A stretch of DNA of 64,000 bases from contig NC_068990.1 of assembly GCF_001194135.2 (NCBI RefSeq), forward strand, positions 61,376,888 through 61,440,887, written 5' to 3'. The position numbers and the translations under genes are program-made. The DNA is from Octopus bimaculoides (taxonomy: Eukaryota). Every line of letters begins with the position of its first letter. Position 1 is the stretch's first letter. Shown here one piece after another: positions 25,584 to 38,250 of the stretch. Below the pieces are notes generated by a model. That model had not been told where the DNA came from and searched no databases. It saw only the letters and a list, made by a program, of their open reading frames with translations.

Positions 25584-26351
25584 ATGTATGTATGTATTTA
25601 TATGTGCGTTTCATTTTTGTATCTAGTTTACAAGTTTCTGGGAGGGTCAACACGCCAACAATAAACACCATTTCACTTCTTTCATTATCATTCATCAATT
25701 GGTTGACATTTAATCCGTTACTAATCAATTGATTGATAAATCCTTTAGTCAATCACTCTGTTGTACCTGCCAAAGTCATTTCGGTGCCATTCATGATATC
25801 TCCAATGATATGCCCTCTTGACTCCTGGCCTGCTTCAGGTCTGTCTGCCTGATTCTAGGTCAAAGGTCCTTTCGTTCTTGATACTGGTTGATTTCAGTTA
25901 GAATTTTCTTTTGGCTGTTTAACAATATTGTGTGTTTTAATTTTCAAGTTTGGTATTTTGTGATTTTGAATGGTAACAAAATTCACTTTGGTCTCAGTCT
26001 ACAGTCTTAAAAAGAAAGGGCAAATTGGAAAAAAATAGCCCTAGATAGAAAAGACAGAAAAAAAATGATTGGCATGCTTGGAATGGTGTTGGATCATAGT
26101 TTTGCATAGGGTTAACATGGACTAAGCAACAGTAACGAATCATATTTGAATTTGCAACATGTCAACAACGTGAATTCTACATACTTCTTGTCTGCTTTAT
26201 TTTTTTTTATTATCATGTTTTGACTTCTGATATATCTTTGTTTTCAAATTCATGGTAATTGGCAATGATTAGTTTTTAAACTATTCTCTTATTGTAGAAG
26301 CCCATCTCAATTGTTATAAAACTACTCATACATACATACATATAAATAAAA

Positions 26352-26460
26352 CTACCCTGTTGTTGATACTAAATTCCAATGAAGGAGCCTTGGATCTAGG
26401 TTAGAAACTGGCTCTTTCTCTATTGGCAAGAAATCTTGAAATAAAACTGAACAATCATAT
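26352..26460 (-). repeat. inverted copy of 25481-25583
   Basis: See 25481-25583. Confidence 0.8.
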
Positions 26461-26684
26461 ACATACATACATACATACATACATACAGTGCATACATACA
26501 TGCATACATACATGCATACATACATACATAATACATATATGTATATATATTCTATTCTTTTATTCTTTTACTCATTTTGGTCATTTGACTGCGGGCATGC
26601 TGGAGCAGTGCCTTTTGTTGAACAAGTTGACCAGAACTGATTTCAGGGTCTTACTCTTCCTCAGTACAGGACACCTCTATGCTA

Positions 26685-26728
<44 letters not shown>

Positions 26729-27129
26729 TATATATATGTATATATATGTATATGAGTGTCTCTGTGTGTGTATATCATATATATATATATGTATGTATAT
26801 ATACACACACACACATATATATGTAGACACAATTAGGCAGATAAACAAATTAGATATGCAAAATATAATTGTTTGGGTATAAAATACAATATATGCTAAA
26901 CAAGAGAAAGCAAAAGGTGGTGATTCTGAGACAATGAATATCTAAGTATAAATATATAGTTATTTATGTTAATAGATCCAACTTACATAGAGTACAAACA
27001 ATAGAAAAAAATTAAAAGGGTGGAAGGTGTCTTGCATGTATACATATGTAAATATTTTGTAATTCATACCCAAACTATTGTATTTAATATATCTAATTTG
27101 TTTATCAACTTAATTGCCTCTATATCCAC

Positions 27130-27258
27130 TCAACTTGATCCTTCTTCTGGCCATTCTTTACCCTGTGGAATCGATCCTCTGCAAAGACATCAGAGTCTAA
27201 GTTTGAATCTTTTGAGCACTGGTGTCTTCTATACAGAGAATTTCTGGATCTCACCTGT
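27130..27258 (+). mobile_element. RTE LINE fragment
   Basis: ESKFESFEHWCLLYREFLDL resembles RTE KIxAFExWCxRRxL. Confidence 0.5.
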
Positions 27259-27312
27259 GGAATCTGTGTGTGTGTGTACATTTGTATGTATGTATGTATG
27301 TATATCGGTATA

Positions 27313-27462
27313 GGTATAGCTGTGTGATTGAGAAGTTTGTCGCTCACCTATGTGATCATGAGTTCAATATGCTGCATGACACCTTGGGCAAGTGTCTTCC
27401 AACAGAACCAGGTCAACTGAAGCCTTGTGAGTGGATTTTCTAGAGAGAAACTGAAAAAAAGG
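27313..27462 (+). mobile_element. SINE family B, 5' part
   Basis: ACACCTTGGGCAAGTGTCTTC...GCCTTGTGAGTGGATTT...GAAACTGAAA. Confidence 0.75.
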
Positions 27463-27464
27463 TC

Positions 27465-27504
<40 letters not shown>

Positions 27505-28025
27505 NNNNNNNNNNNNNNNNNNNNNNNNNNNNNNNNNNNNNNNNNNNNNNNNNNNNNNNNNNNNNNNNNNNNNNNNNNNNNNNNNNNNNNNNNNNNNNNN
27601 NNNNNNNNNNNNNNNNNNNNNNNNNNNNNNNNNNNNNNNNNNNNNNNNNNNNNNNNNNNNNNNNNNNNNNNNNNNNNNNNNNNNNNNNNNNNNNNNNNNN
27701 NNNNNNNNNNNNNNNNNNNNNNNNNNNNNNNNNNNNNNNNNNNNNNNNNNNNNNNNNNNNNNNNNNNNNNNNNNNNNNNNNNNNNNNNNNNNNNNNNNNN
27801 NNNNNNNNNNNNNNNNNNNNNNNNNNNNNNNNNNNNNNNNNNNNNNNNNNNNNNNNNNNNNNNNNNNNNNNNNNNNNNNNNNNNNNNNNNNNNNNNNNNN
27901 NNNNNTATATGTATACATGTCTCTTAAAAGATAGAGCTCAAAATCAATGCATTGAAGATACTTTATTGCAGCAACAATTATAATAACAGAAACAACCACA
28001 ATAAGCCAAACCTATGCACATTTCA

Positions 28026-28118
28026 ATAGGGTGTCCCGGATAAATAAACCACATCATAAGATGTCTCGTAAAATATTGTAACAAATTACAACATATTACA
28101 AATTTCTGGATACTCCAT
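28026..28118. mobile_element. small Tc1-like MITE remnant
   Basis: TAGGGTGTCCCGGATAAAT ... ATTTCTGGATACTCC, imperfect TIRs. Confidence 0.45.
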
Positions 28119-28142
28119 CTCTTTACGCATGTGTGTGTGTGT

Positions 28143-28295
28143 ATACACAAGGTGCATTCAAAAACTTTCTGACCTTTAGATATAAAATAACTATTTTGTA
28201 CATGTTTCAAATTTTATTTAATCACTTTCAAAATACTCCCCTTGGGAGTTCCCATACCTCCCCCCTATGGTTGTGTCACTCTACTGGTAACACCT
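28143..28295 (-). mobile_element. mariner C-terminus and right TIR
   Basis: Minus-strand translation ends SQGEYFESD*; followed by a TIR-like AAAGTTTTTGAATGCACCTTG-TGTA. Confidence 0.7.
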
Positions 28296-30152
28296 CTGAA
28301 ACAAACAATTTTACATATAGTTCTTCAACTTGCTGGAAGGATCACTTGTAAAAATATAGGATGGTCATAACTTGTATAGCTTGTTAGGATATTTCTGGTC
28401 GATCATGGGTGACAACGAACACAACAAAATTCTATATAAGAAAACAAGAAAATAATGTTAATTATTCTAAACAAAATTGTAGAACTCAAATATACAAAAC
28501 TTTTGAAAATTATCTTCATTCAAAAACCAAACTCTGTCCTGAAGAGATGACCAACAAGTAAAACAGGACAAGTTAGGTTTTGAAGCAACAAATGCAATAA
28601 GTGTAACCTTTAACATCTCATCTTGCAAAATCACATCTCAGATATTGCAAAATAGAATCAGTGACAGATGTATTTTAAAGCATGGAATATAGAGTTAAAC
28701 ATGATGTCTTGAGAATAAATCTTCAACTTTTATTTATCTATTTATTTGTTTGTTTGTTTATTCATTCATTCATTCATTCATTTATTTGTATTGCTCATTT
28801 ACTTAGTCGTTTGTTGTGGATTACCTCAGGTCAATGATTGGTTCACTACATTTCATTTTTGGCAGCAAGAATGATAAGGGAGAGTTTGTAACAAAGTATT
28901 AAACAAATATTGCCGGTAGGTTCTCTCACCAACCACCTGTTGTTTTAGTTTACTTGTTGATATTTACTTGAAGCAAACTCTTCCTCATAGATGTAAAATA
29001 TAAAAAGAACTAAGATCTATAAAATTCAAGTTTATAGCTGTGCACAACTCTGTGTGTGTGCATTTGTGTGTGTGTGCGTTTGTGTGTGTGTGCCTCTGGT
29101 TCAGTGTGAGGTATGTTAGTTGTGATGTATTAACAAAAGACAACTGACCTCTATGCATGATTCTCACTGCATGTTCCTTTAGAATTGTGACACTACAACT
29201 ACATACATACATGTGTATATATATGTAGTTGTATTTTATAAACAAACTTAGAAGCACCAAAGGAGTCAGTATTTAATAGAAAATAAAGTAACTCTCAAAC
29301 ACAGAATAATAACTGCAAAACAGCTTAGAAGATCAGATAAATACCTTTAGAAGATGGAAAAAGAAGTAGCCAGCAAGCTATTATATGGGCCCAAGCCCTG
29401 CACCTCTCAATTTCCACCTGAATGCCCTGTACCACTAAGCCAAGCAACCTCTGACGACTAATATCTTTTTATAAGGTTAAATAATAGTTTTTAGAATATG
29501 AGAACGTTTTTTTTTATAAACAAACTTAGAAGCACTGAGATGGTATCTTAAAGAAAATAAAGTAAATTTCATATGCAGAATAGCTGTAAAAGCAGCTTAG
29601 AAGATTGGGTGAATATCTCAGCTGAAATTTCAAAGGTACAAGCTTTGGTTCATTGGAACAGCTTGCTGACCACTTTTTCTGTCTTCTAAGGACATTTACC
29701 TAATGTTCTAAGCTGTTTNNNNNNNNNNNNNNNNNNNNNNNNNNNNNNNNNNNNNNNNNNNNNNNNNNNNNNNNNNNNNNNNNNNNNNNNNNNNNNNNNN
29801 NNNNNNNNNNNNNNNNNNNNNNNNNNNNNNNNNNNNNNNNNNNNNNNNNNNNNNNNNNNNNNNNNNNNNNNNNNNNNNNNNNNNNNNNNNNNNNNNNNNN
29901 NNNNNNNNNNNNNNNNNNNNNNNNNNNNNNNNNNNNNNNNNNNNNNNNNNNNNNNNNNNNNNNNNNNNNNNNNNNNNNNNNNNNNNNNNNNNNNNNNNNN
30001 NNNNNNNNNNNNNNNNNNNNNNNNNNNNNNNNNNNNNNNNNNNNNNNNNNNNNNNNNNNNNNNNNNNNNNNNNNNNNNNNNNNNNNNNNNNNNNNNNNNN
30101 NNNNNNNNNNNNNNNNNNNNNNNNNNNNNNNNNNNNNNNNNTATTCTTCATA

Positions 30153-30248
30153 AACCTAGTACTTATTCTATCAGTCTGTTTTGCTGAACCACTAAGTTAT
30201 GGACACGTAAACGCACCAACATCAGTTGTCAAGCAATGGTGGAGGGGA

Positions 30249-30284
<36 letters not shown>

Positions 30285-30452
30285 TACATACGATGGGCTT
30301 CTTTCAGTTTCCGTCTACCAAATTCACTCACAAGGCTTTGGTCGGCCCAAGGCTATAGTAGAAGACACTTGGCTAAGATGCTATGTAGTGGGACTGAACC
30401 CGGAACCATGTGGCTGGTAAGCAAGCTACTTACTACACAGCCACTCCTGCGA
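30153..30452 (-). mobile_element. SINE family B, near full length
   Basis: Reverse complement is colinear with 57823-58210. Confidence 0.9.
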
Positions 30453-30543
30453 CAAGCTTTGTTTATACATACACAGGTGATTGCATAAGTGCAAAAACAA
30501 GGTTGAATAAATAGTACTTGAATACCAAAGGTAAGTATTTATT

Positions 30544-30589
30544 ACAACTGTCTGATGAATGGAAGCGTGAAACTCTGAGTAATAGTTGT
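30544..30589 (+). ncRNA. type I hammerhead ribozyme motif (minimal, Penelope/retrozyme type)
   Basis: Stem I ACAACTGT/ATAGTTGT (8 bp, one G-U); core CTGATGA; stem II ATG-gaag-CGT; GAAA; palindromic stem III ACTC-t-GAGT; GUA cleavage triplet at 30579-30581. Confidence 0.75.
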
Positions 30590-30667
30590 CAGATAATTTT
30601 GCAGTTTGAATAAAAAGTAAACACACACACATACATACATACATACATACATACATACATACATACA

Positions 30668-30735
<68 letters not shown>

Positions 30736-31599
30736 CATATATATATTTATATGTATACATATATATTTATGTATATATATGTAAAACGTTTATATTTTCA
30801 GCTTATACATTTGTGATTCCATCTCCTGAATGGTCCCTAAGAATGCAATTATAATTTCTTAACAGCCAGTTTGGTAAGAAGTTGCTTTCCTGATAATCTT
30901 CAGATTAACATTGACTTACATCTTTACTGCAAGAATTGAAAGTAATATTTGTGTTTTCAGCAAAAGCTAAATTTATATAGTGCAAGTTGAATTCTTCAGA
31001 CTAAGCTTTAGATGAACTAAGCCAAAGTATGGGTTTAATATGTTATTGTATTGTATCTTTTCTGGGATTACTTGCTTATCCTTTCAAACTATAAGCATGA
31101 CAGCATTGATCTGCATCTTCCCTTTTGCAGCAGATACTCCATTAACATGGTAAAGCCCTAAGGCTTAACAAGAGATTTTCTAATCTGTTTATCTGATTAT
31201 AGAGCTGTATTATCATCATAATCAGCATAATCGTCATCATCATCATCAACATCATCATCATCATCATCGTCGTCGTCGTCGTCATCGTCGTAATCATCAT
31301 CATTGAAATGCTTATTTGTTCTAACAGAATTTCAGGAATTTTTTTCTTAATGTATATATTTAAAATTGATTTTATTTCTCAAATATTGATTTTTCTGTTG
31401 AATTAGATGTTGTCACTTTTAGATAATGAAGTTTTTTGTCATGGCCTTCCAAGGTGTGCATAATCTCAAGTTGTGTCAGGTTTATACAAGGTTCTCATAA
31501 ATACTTGGTTTAATTTTTTTAACATATTAAAACTAATTGAATCAGATTGTTATTATTAACACAAACGCATTACATGCACATTATCATTATCATTATTAT

Positions 31600-31822
31600 T
31601 AAAGTGATGAACTGGCAGAATCATGAGCATGCTGGGCAAAATGCTTTGTGGCCTTTTGTCTGTCTTAACATTCTGAGTTCAAATTTTGCCAAGGCTAACT
31701 TTACCTTTCATCCTTTCGGGGTTGATAAATCAAGTACCAGTTGAGCACTGGGATCGATGTGATCGACTGTCCCCCTCCCCACAAAATCCAGGCTTTGTAC
31801 CTATAGTAGAAAGGATTATTAT
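31600..31822 (+). mobile_element. SINE family D
   Basis: CTGGCAGAATC...TTCTGAGTTCAAATT...GGCTTTGTACCTATAGTAGAAAGG-(ATT)n. Confidence 0.88.
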
Positions 31823-31825
31823 TAT

Positions 31826-32305
31826 TGAGTGAGAGAGCAGTGCATGCCATCAAAGTGACACTGGGGTAAAATATACAAAGCCCTACATACCCATTATGAC
31901 TGCCAGTCTGATAAAGGTACACCAGACACATGCATCACAACCATATGTGTGCAACAAGGTGATCTCTTATCAAGATAAAAAGTGCATGGCCTAGCAGGTG
32001 GGACCCAGTTAGAATTTTCTTCAGGTCAAGTAGCCCATCCTGCTCAAAAGGCCCTTGAATAATTGAATAAGGGTTGTTTTTAGGGTGTTGAATGAAACAC
32101 CCATATTTCCAGGGGTGAATTATTCAAATCTCAAAGAATTCCTCTCAACACATGGCTATCATGCTCCCCGAATACTTCTGCTCATGATCAGAGATGCACA
32201 TATTGTCAACCACTAAGGGACATGCTCAACTGGTTAAGGTCAAACAACTGACATGCAAATCTGTGGTATTGAGCAGAAAATTTGCTGTAGCCTATCTTTT
32301 ATACC
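31826..32305 (-). mobile_element. unclassified TAA-flanked element E, partial
   Basis: Colinear with copies at 51962, 52491 and 54097; strand assignment is inferred. Confidence 0.8.
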
Positions 32306-32319
32306 GTGATTGGTTTGAT

Positions 32320-32515
32320 TCAAGATTCGTTTTTACTCCTGATAGAATTTATGTTGGTAGTGGGTTACTATCTGTAACCTTAGGTATCCACTAGCTTTCA
32401 ATAATCTTTCAAGTGTTTAAACGATCCTGATAATTTTTGCTGTCCTTTAGAGGCAAACTTTCTGTAGAAGCTCCACAGAACATTTTATTCTAATCTCCTT
32501 CAACCACTTGTCTAT
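32320..32515 (-). mobile_element. R4/Dong-type 3' end (same family as 32810-33105)
   Basis: DKWLKEIRIKCSVELLQKVCL*RTAKIIR; shares GGATACCTAAGGTTACAG in the UTR. Confidence 0.75.
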
Positions 32516-32790
32516 CATCATTATCATCATCATCATCGTTTAACGTCCATCTTCCATGCATGGGTAGGACGGTTGATAGGAGCTGGCCAGGTAGAAAAAC
32601 TGCCCTAAGCTACTGTGTCTGTTTTGGCAGAGATTTTATGGTTGAATGCCCTTCCTAACTCCAACCACTCGGCAGAGTGGACTCAGTGATTTTTATGCAC
32701 AGGCGAGGTTAGTTTCAGCATGATTCTTATAGTGGGATGCCCTTCCAAACACCAACCACGTTACAGTGTCGGTTGGATGCTTTTATATAT
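32515..32790 (-). mobile_element. RTE 3'-UTR tail
   Basis: (CAT)n-TTTAACGTCCATCTTCCATGC...TGCCCTTCCTAAC. Confidence 0.78.
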
Positions 32791-32809
32791 TATTATTATT
32801 TTGGTTTGG

Positions 32810-33105
32810 CTCAGGTTCAGTCTTATTCCTGGTAGGAATTATATGGGTAACAGGTTACTACCTGTAACCTTAGGTATCCACAAGTTTTCAGCAGTCTTTC
32901 AAGTGCTTAGAACCTTCCTGATAACCCTTGCTGTCTCTAAGAGACAAACATTCTGTAGGAACTCTATCTGGCATTTTATTTCAATTTCCTTCAGCCATTT
33001 GTCTATATCTTTGTTTACTGTTCCCAATGCAATAATTATTATAGGTACAACCTTTACTGTTCACACACTCCAAATTCTTCCTATCTCAAACTTTAAGGGA
33101 TTGTA
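32810..33105 (-). mobile_element. R4/Dong-type RLE retrotransposon 3' end
   Basis: EIGRIW..VKVVPIIIIALGTV...LQNVCLLETARVIRKVL. Confidence 0.82.
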
Positions 33106-33489
33106 TCATCATCATCATCATCATCATCATTATTACAAACACATACACACACACTTAAAATAACATATCTCCCAAATACAATGAAAGTATTTCTTTGAGC
33201 AACACATTTTTAGCAGAGAGCTCAGTTAATATGATAATGATTATTCTTGTTCAAAGCAATAATATAATCATATATACAAACATAGGAGACACTTGCTCAA
33301 GGTGCTGTACAGTGGGATCGAACTCAGATCCACATGGTTATTAAGTGTATTTCTCACCTTTACACTTATACCTGCATCTATAGATCTAATGTTTCTAGTA
33401 TTTTAGTTGAAAGAAAAGTGATGTTTTGATAGGCATGGATTATTTTCCATAATGCATATGAATCAAGAAGTTACATCAAGAGGTGCCAA

Positions 33490-33960
33490 TCACTAATTAT
33501 TGAAGGAACATGTGGAAGGGATAAACCCAGGAAGATGTGGGACAAAGTGGTGGGAAAGGATCTGCAGATGCTGGGACTCACAGAGGGGATGACGGGGACT
33601 GGAACACCTGATGGTTTGCTGTGCTTGAGAAAACATGTCAAGCTAAGTAAAAGCATGGTTGTTCTTGCATATAGGCTTGCCCCCAGCATCCCTCTCCAGC
33701 TGAGCATTTCTAATCTTGTGGACTTGTGGGTGCTGGTACCACTTAAAAAGCACCCATGCCAGTGCTGTGTAAAAGCACTCAGTATATTCTGTTAAACAGT
33801 TTGTGTTTAGAAGGGCATCCAGCTGTAGAAACCATGCTAAAATATAGACATGGAACCTGAACAACCCTTCAGTTGGTCAGCTTCTGTCAAACCATCCAAC
33901 CCATGCTAGCATGGAAAACGAATGTTGAATGATGATGATGATGATGATAATTATGATGAT
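33490..33960 (+). mobile_element. RTE LINE 3' end (ORF tail, 3' UTR and (GAT)n tail)
   Basis: EGTCGRDKPRKMWDKVVGKDLQMLGLTEGM, followed by the UTR that occurs as solo copies elsewhere in the window. Confidence 0.88.
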
Positions 33961-34027
33961 GATGATAATTATGATGATGATGTAATTTAAATGAATGAAA
34001 GCAATTCTATCTTGGAAATCAGACTGG

Positions 34028-34124
<97 letters not shown>

Positions 34125-34884
34125 CTTTCTCAGGAAAATGTTCTTTCATTTCAAATGCTTGAAGTAACATTTTTCCTTTTTAAAGAATGCTTAAATGAGA
34201 ATCTGAAACATTCACAACTTTCTCAAAATTATCAATTTTGTATGTAAAATGAATGAATATTATTTGGGTATCAGAACTGTATGAATAAGGTAATTTGAAT
34301 AATATGAATAAGGTAATTTTATTAGCCAAAATTTTGGTGATATTATTGTCATTAAATCACAACTGGTCATATTACATCAGACTATCAATTGAGGCTAAAA
34401 TTTCTCCAGTCTTCTCATCAAACACAATACCTAAAATTATGAAGAGATTTTCTTTTTCTTTGATTTTTCTCAACTCTGAAATGAAATTTACACATATCAT
34501 ACAAGTGTAACAGAACTTTTATTTCTGTATCACCATTAAAATATCTGTTTTCTATCACTCTTAATCTTTTACCCCAAAGTTTTCTTCTCTTGTCTCAACC
34601 TAGCTGGATGCTTTCATACTTTTAACATTTTTATTTTTTATTTTATTTAGAAAAAGGCCTTCACTAGAATTTCAGCTGAGACTGAGACCAAGAAGGTCTA
34701 AATACATCAACTAATTACATACAAAATTTGATTCATTATCATTAACTTCAACACTAAAATGACACATCTTGTTAAAATTTGGTGATATATTAACTGATGT
34801 TTCCATTGCTAAGTGACCAGATAGCCAGTAAGTCACAGCATAAGAACACATTAGCATCTCTTTGTCTTCTTGCTAACACTTTAG

Positions 34885-34899
34885 GACCTCTTGTCAAAG
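34885..34899 (+). other. candidate 15-nt frame-preserving microexon (host gene unidentified)
   Basis: tctctttgtcttcttgCTAACactttAG|GACCTCTTGTCAAAG|GTGAGT: polypyrimidine tract, UGC, branch-point consensus and a near-perfect donor; open in all three frames. Confidence 0.45.
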
Positions 34900-37800
34900 G
34901 TGAGTTATAGCTTTATTAATTATCTTTCTCAAAAGATTTATCACATGTTTTTGGAACTTTCTGTGATTATTCCTAACCTACTAATAGTTCAAATACACAA
35001 AATGAACTATTAAAGTCTAATTAAATTTCTCAAATACACAAATAATAAACTTAAAGCAATAGATTTCAGTCATATTTAGTACTTATGGATTTTCGTAAAG
35101 CATTCTTCTAAGTTATCAACTAAGGCACCAATTTCAAATATTATTATTCAGTATTCAGTTATAAACCATTCTTTTCTCATTTATCAGTTTTATTTAGTAT
35201 TTGACACTGGCTCTATATAAATAACTAGTTTGCAAACATTAAACTTTCCTATCAATTGGCAAAACTAAACAGTAAGAGTGAATGTCTATTATTAAATGTC
35301 ATGCTCCTTATGGAAAAATATAGTTTATCATCATTATCATAATTATCAGATTTATTTACTGCCATAAACTGGATAAGAGTACAACTGTGTCTCTTACAGA
35401 TGCTCTCTATCCTTGTCAATTATTTTGTAAGCTATAATTCTCTAAACTTGCAACTTTCTGGCTCAGTCAAAATCTCTGGTTCATTTCAATGCTGATGAGC
35501 CTCAGAGTACATAACACTTCAATCTTATTCAGTTTACATCAATTACATTTATTATGATTGGTCATTAGTCACATCTTTGAATTCTTTAAGCAATTAACGC
35601 TTTGCATAGCTCATCTCAATTCAGTCTAAATCACTAGTTCATTTTATTCACATACTATGTTATTCCAAGATGTTATTTCTAACAAAGAATAACTGTCCAC
35701 TAATAAAGTTTATTATCTTTATTTTATCCTGTGTGGGAAGTGGGAAAGGTAGTTAAATGAAGAAGTCTACTATATTTCAAAAATCACACGGAAATAAAGG
35801 TGTTTGGCAAAGTGTAACTATACAATAAAAGTGAAGTATCCATTTAAAAAGTTTCTTCTTTGAAGATTTGAATTCATAAAAATTATCTTGATCAAACTCT
35901 TAGATATCAAAAGAGAAAATTAGTGTGAAAAACATCAAAACTAAAACTCTCGTACTGACTAAGGCCTATAAATGAATTAAGTAAACTGCCATTCAATATA
36001 TACTTTATTGTCATTAATAAATGTTTCCACAAAAAAGTTATCTAAAAACAAAAATAAATAAAAATTAATAACCATTCTTAGATGTGACTAAAATGATGAT
36101 TAGGAATTCAATTTTAAGCTGCTAAGATATTGCTTTATTTGGTTTTTGACAGCCAAAATCTTAAACTTATAATATTAAATTACAAAGCTAATTTCTCACA
36201 ATGATTTGACGAACATTCCAATTACTATAAAAATGTCTTAAATGACCAAAGTCATTTGAAGTTATCCTGGACCTTCTGTAATATTTTATTTGTATATAAT
36301 AACCATATATTGATACTAAGTGAAGTAAATTTGTAGTTTGAGGAATTTTGGAACTTTTTATTAAATTTCTGTTTCATTAAAAGAATGAAAAACTTATAGA
36401 AAGAAAATAGGATTAATGCCTAAAAGTTGAAATAAAAGCACTGTGTGGACACTTTTAAGTTGATTTGAAGAAAGATAAAAATGAAAATCAATTTAAAAAG
36501 AAGAAAAGAGGATAAATTTAAAGAAAATATGGTGGCAAAATATATATTAAAGTATAAAGAAATTTAAAAGCTACCAACATATTTTGACTAAATGATAGCA
36601 AATTTTCTCTGATTAACTATATCAATATTAGATTTAATTAGCTCTTTGTTTTTTTTTTTTAGTGATTATATATAAAACTTCAATAAATTATCTACTGCAT
36701 TAACAATTCTTACAACTACTATGAGCATGAATAATAGTTATATTCAGACAATATGAATTGTTTAGTGCAAGCAGTAAAGAATGGTATATAACATACCTAA
36801 CCTACCTTACAGTTTAAACCGATCATCGTTGTTTTATATATACAGAAGAAAATACCTAAATGGTAATATATACTTCAGAAAAATTGACATGAAAGATTTC
36901 AAAATCAAGCAAAGAAATTAGATATGAATTGAGGAACAGGGGAATTATTCTACAAAATCATCTTATTATCAGTTTTATTCATTTTGTTAGGAAGATGATG
37001 GCAGGAAGGAAGTTGGTTGCTTAAATGTTTTTACTCTGCTTGTTAAGGACACCCTATTGACTTCAAGATGGATTGATACCATCAATTCTTATTATCTACT
37101 TTGATCTTGATCCTGTTACTCGCATGTGTATCAATTAGGCCCCATAACACAGCATTCATTTTATTTCTTCTTATAAGCCAAAGAAACAATGAAACAAGAG
37201 AATTACCCCCACTAAAAGATAATTTTAAAGAAAAATCTGCAAAAGTCAATTGCCATGTGTAGAAGATATTGGAGTTTTTCTAGAAAAATTGCCCTAATTT
37301 GGAAATGTTTTCTTAATGAAGAGTTCTTCACTAGAATTGAAAGAGATAAGTTATATTATTTTACTGTAGATCACAAGAAAACTATTATTTGTTTTTCGAA
37401 ATAAATATAGAATAGATTATGGAATAAAAGCCATTTAACTGTATGGGAAATGTTGATTATATGATATATACTGTGTGATATCACTAATTTCATTCTGAAT
37501 CATGTGGGTGGAAGACAATTTGGCAAGAAGAAGATATTAAAAACAAAAGCATTCATTTAATGTAGGGTTTCTAATGTGAAGGCAGCAAATGTTCTTGGTT
37601 TTCTCTTTGCAGCTATAAGAGTCATTAAATGGTCTATAAGAGATTTTTCAGGTTTCACAGATATGTACTGGAATATTTTTCAAAGTGAAAATGTAAAGTA
37701 AAGAATAATATTAAAACTATTGTCACTTAGCATTTCTAAAGTTATGGACGTAAGCGTAAGTAGTTAATGTTTATAGATGCTCATGTATCTTAATAACCAG

Positions 37801-37944
37801 CAATATAGTACTCACAATGGCATCTCAATTTTCTACCCATGCTTGCATATTACTAATAAATTGGACCACTCTACAGAATGCTGAGATAGAACCATAGGAA
37901 TTACACATTATATTAGTCAATATTTTTGAAAAATAGGTCTCAGT

Positions 37945-38040
37945 GCATGTCACCTTGGGCAAGTGTCTTCTATTATAGTCTCAGGCTAACCAAAGCCTTG
38001 TGAATGGATTTTGTAGACAGAAACTGAAAGAAGCCCATCA

Positions 38041-38072
<32 letters not shown>

Positions 38073-38250
38073 TGTGTGTCTTTGTATCTGTGTTTGTCAC
38101 CCACCACTATTTGACAACCAGTGTTGGTTTGTTTATGCCCCTGTACCAGGTTTTGAAAATTAAGTACTGGAGTTGATTTGTTTGACAAAATCTCTTTGAG
38201 GTGGTGTCCCAGCATGACTGCAGTTTAATGACTGAAACAAGTAAACGAAA
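37945..38250 (+). mobile_element. SINE family B, head-truncated
   Basis: CACCTTGGGCAAGTGTCTTC...ATGACTGAAACAAGTAAA. Confidence 0.85.

Noticed and set aside
27162-27254. 93-nt minus-strand exon candidate
   Set aside because: The opposite strand matches an RTE motif, which is the simpler explanation.
28544-28580. CTGAAGA motif in a Penelope-like terminal repeat
   Set aside because: GAAA and the cleavage triplet are absent.
34651-34701. Possible terminal exon KKAFTRISAETETKKV*
   Set aside because: Supported only by an AT-rich acceptor; no upstream exons were found.
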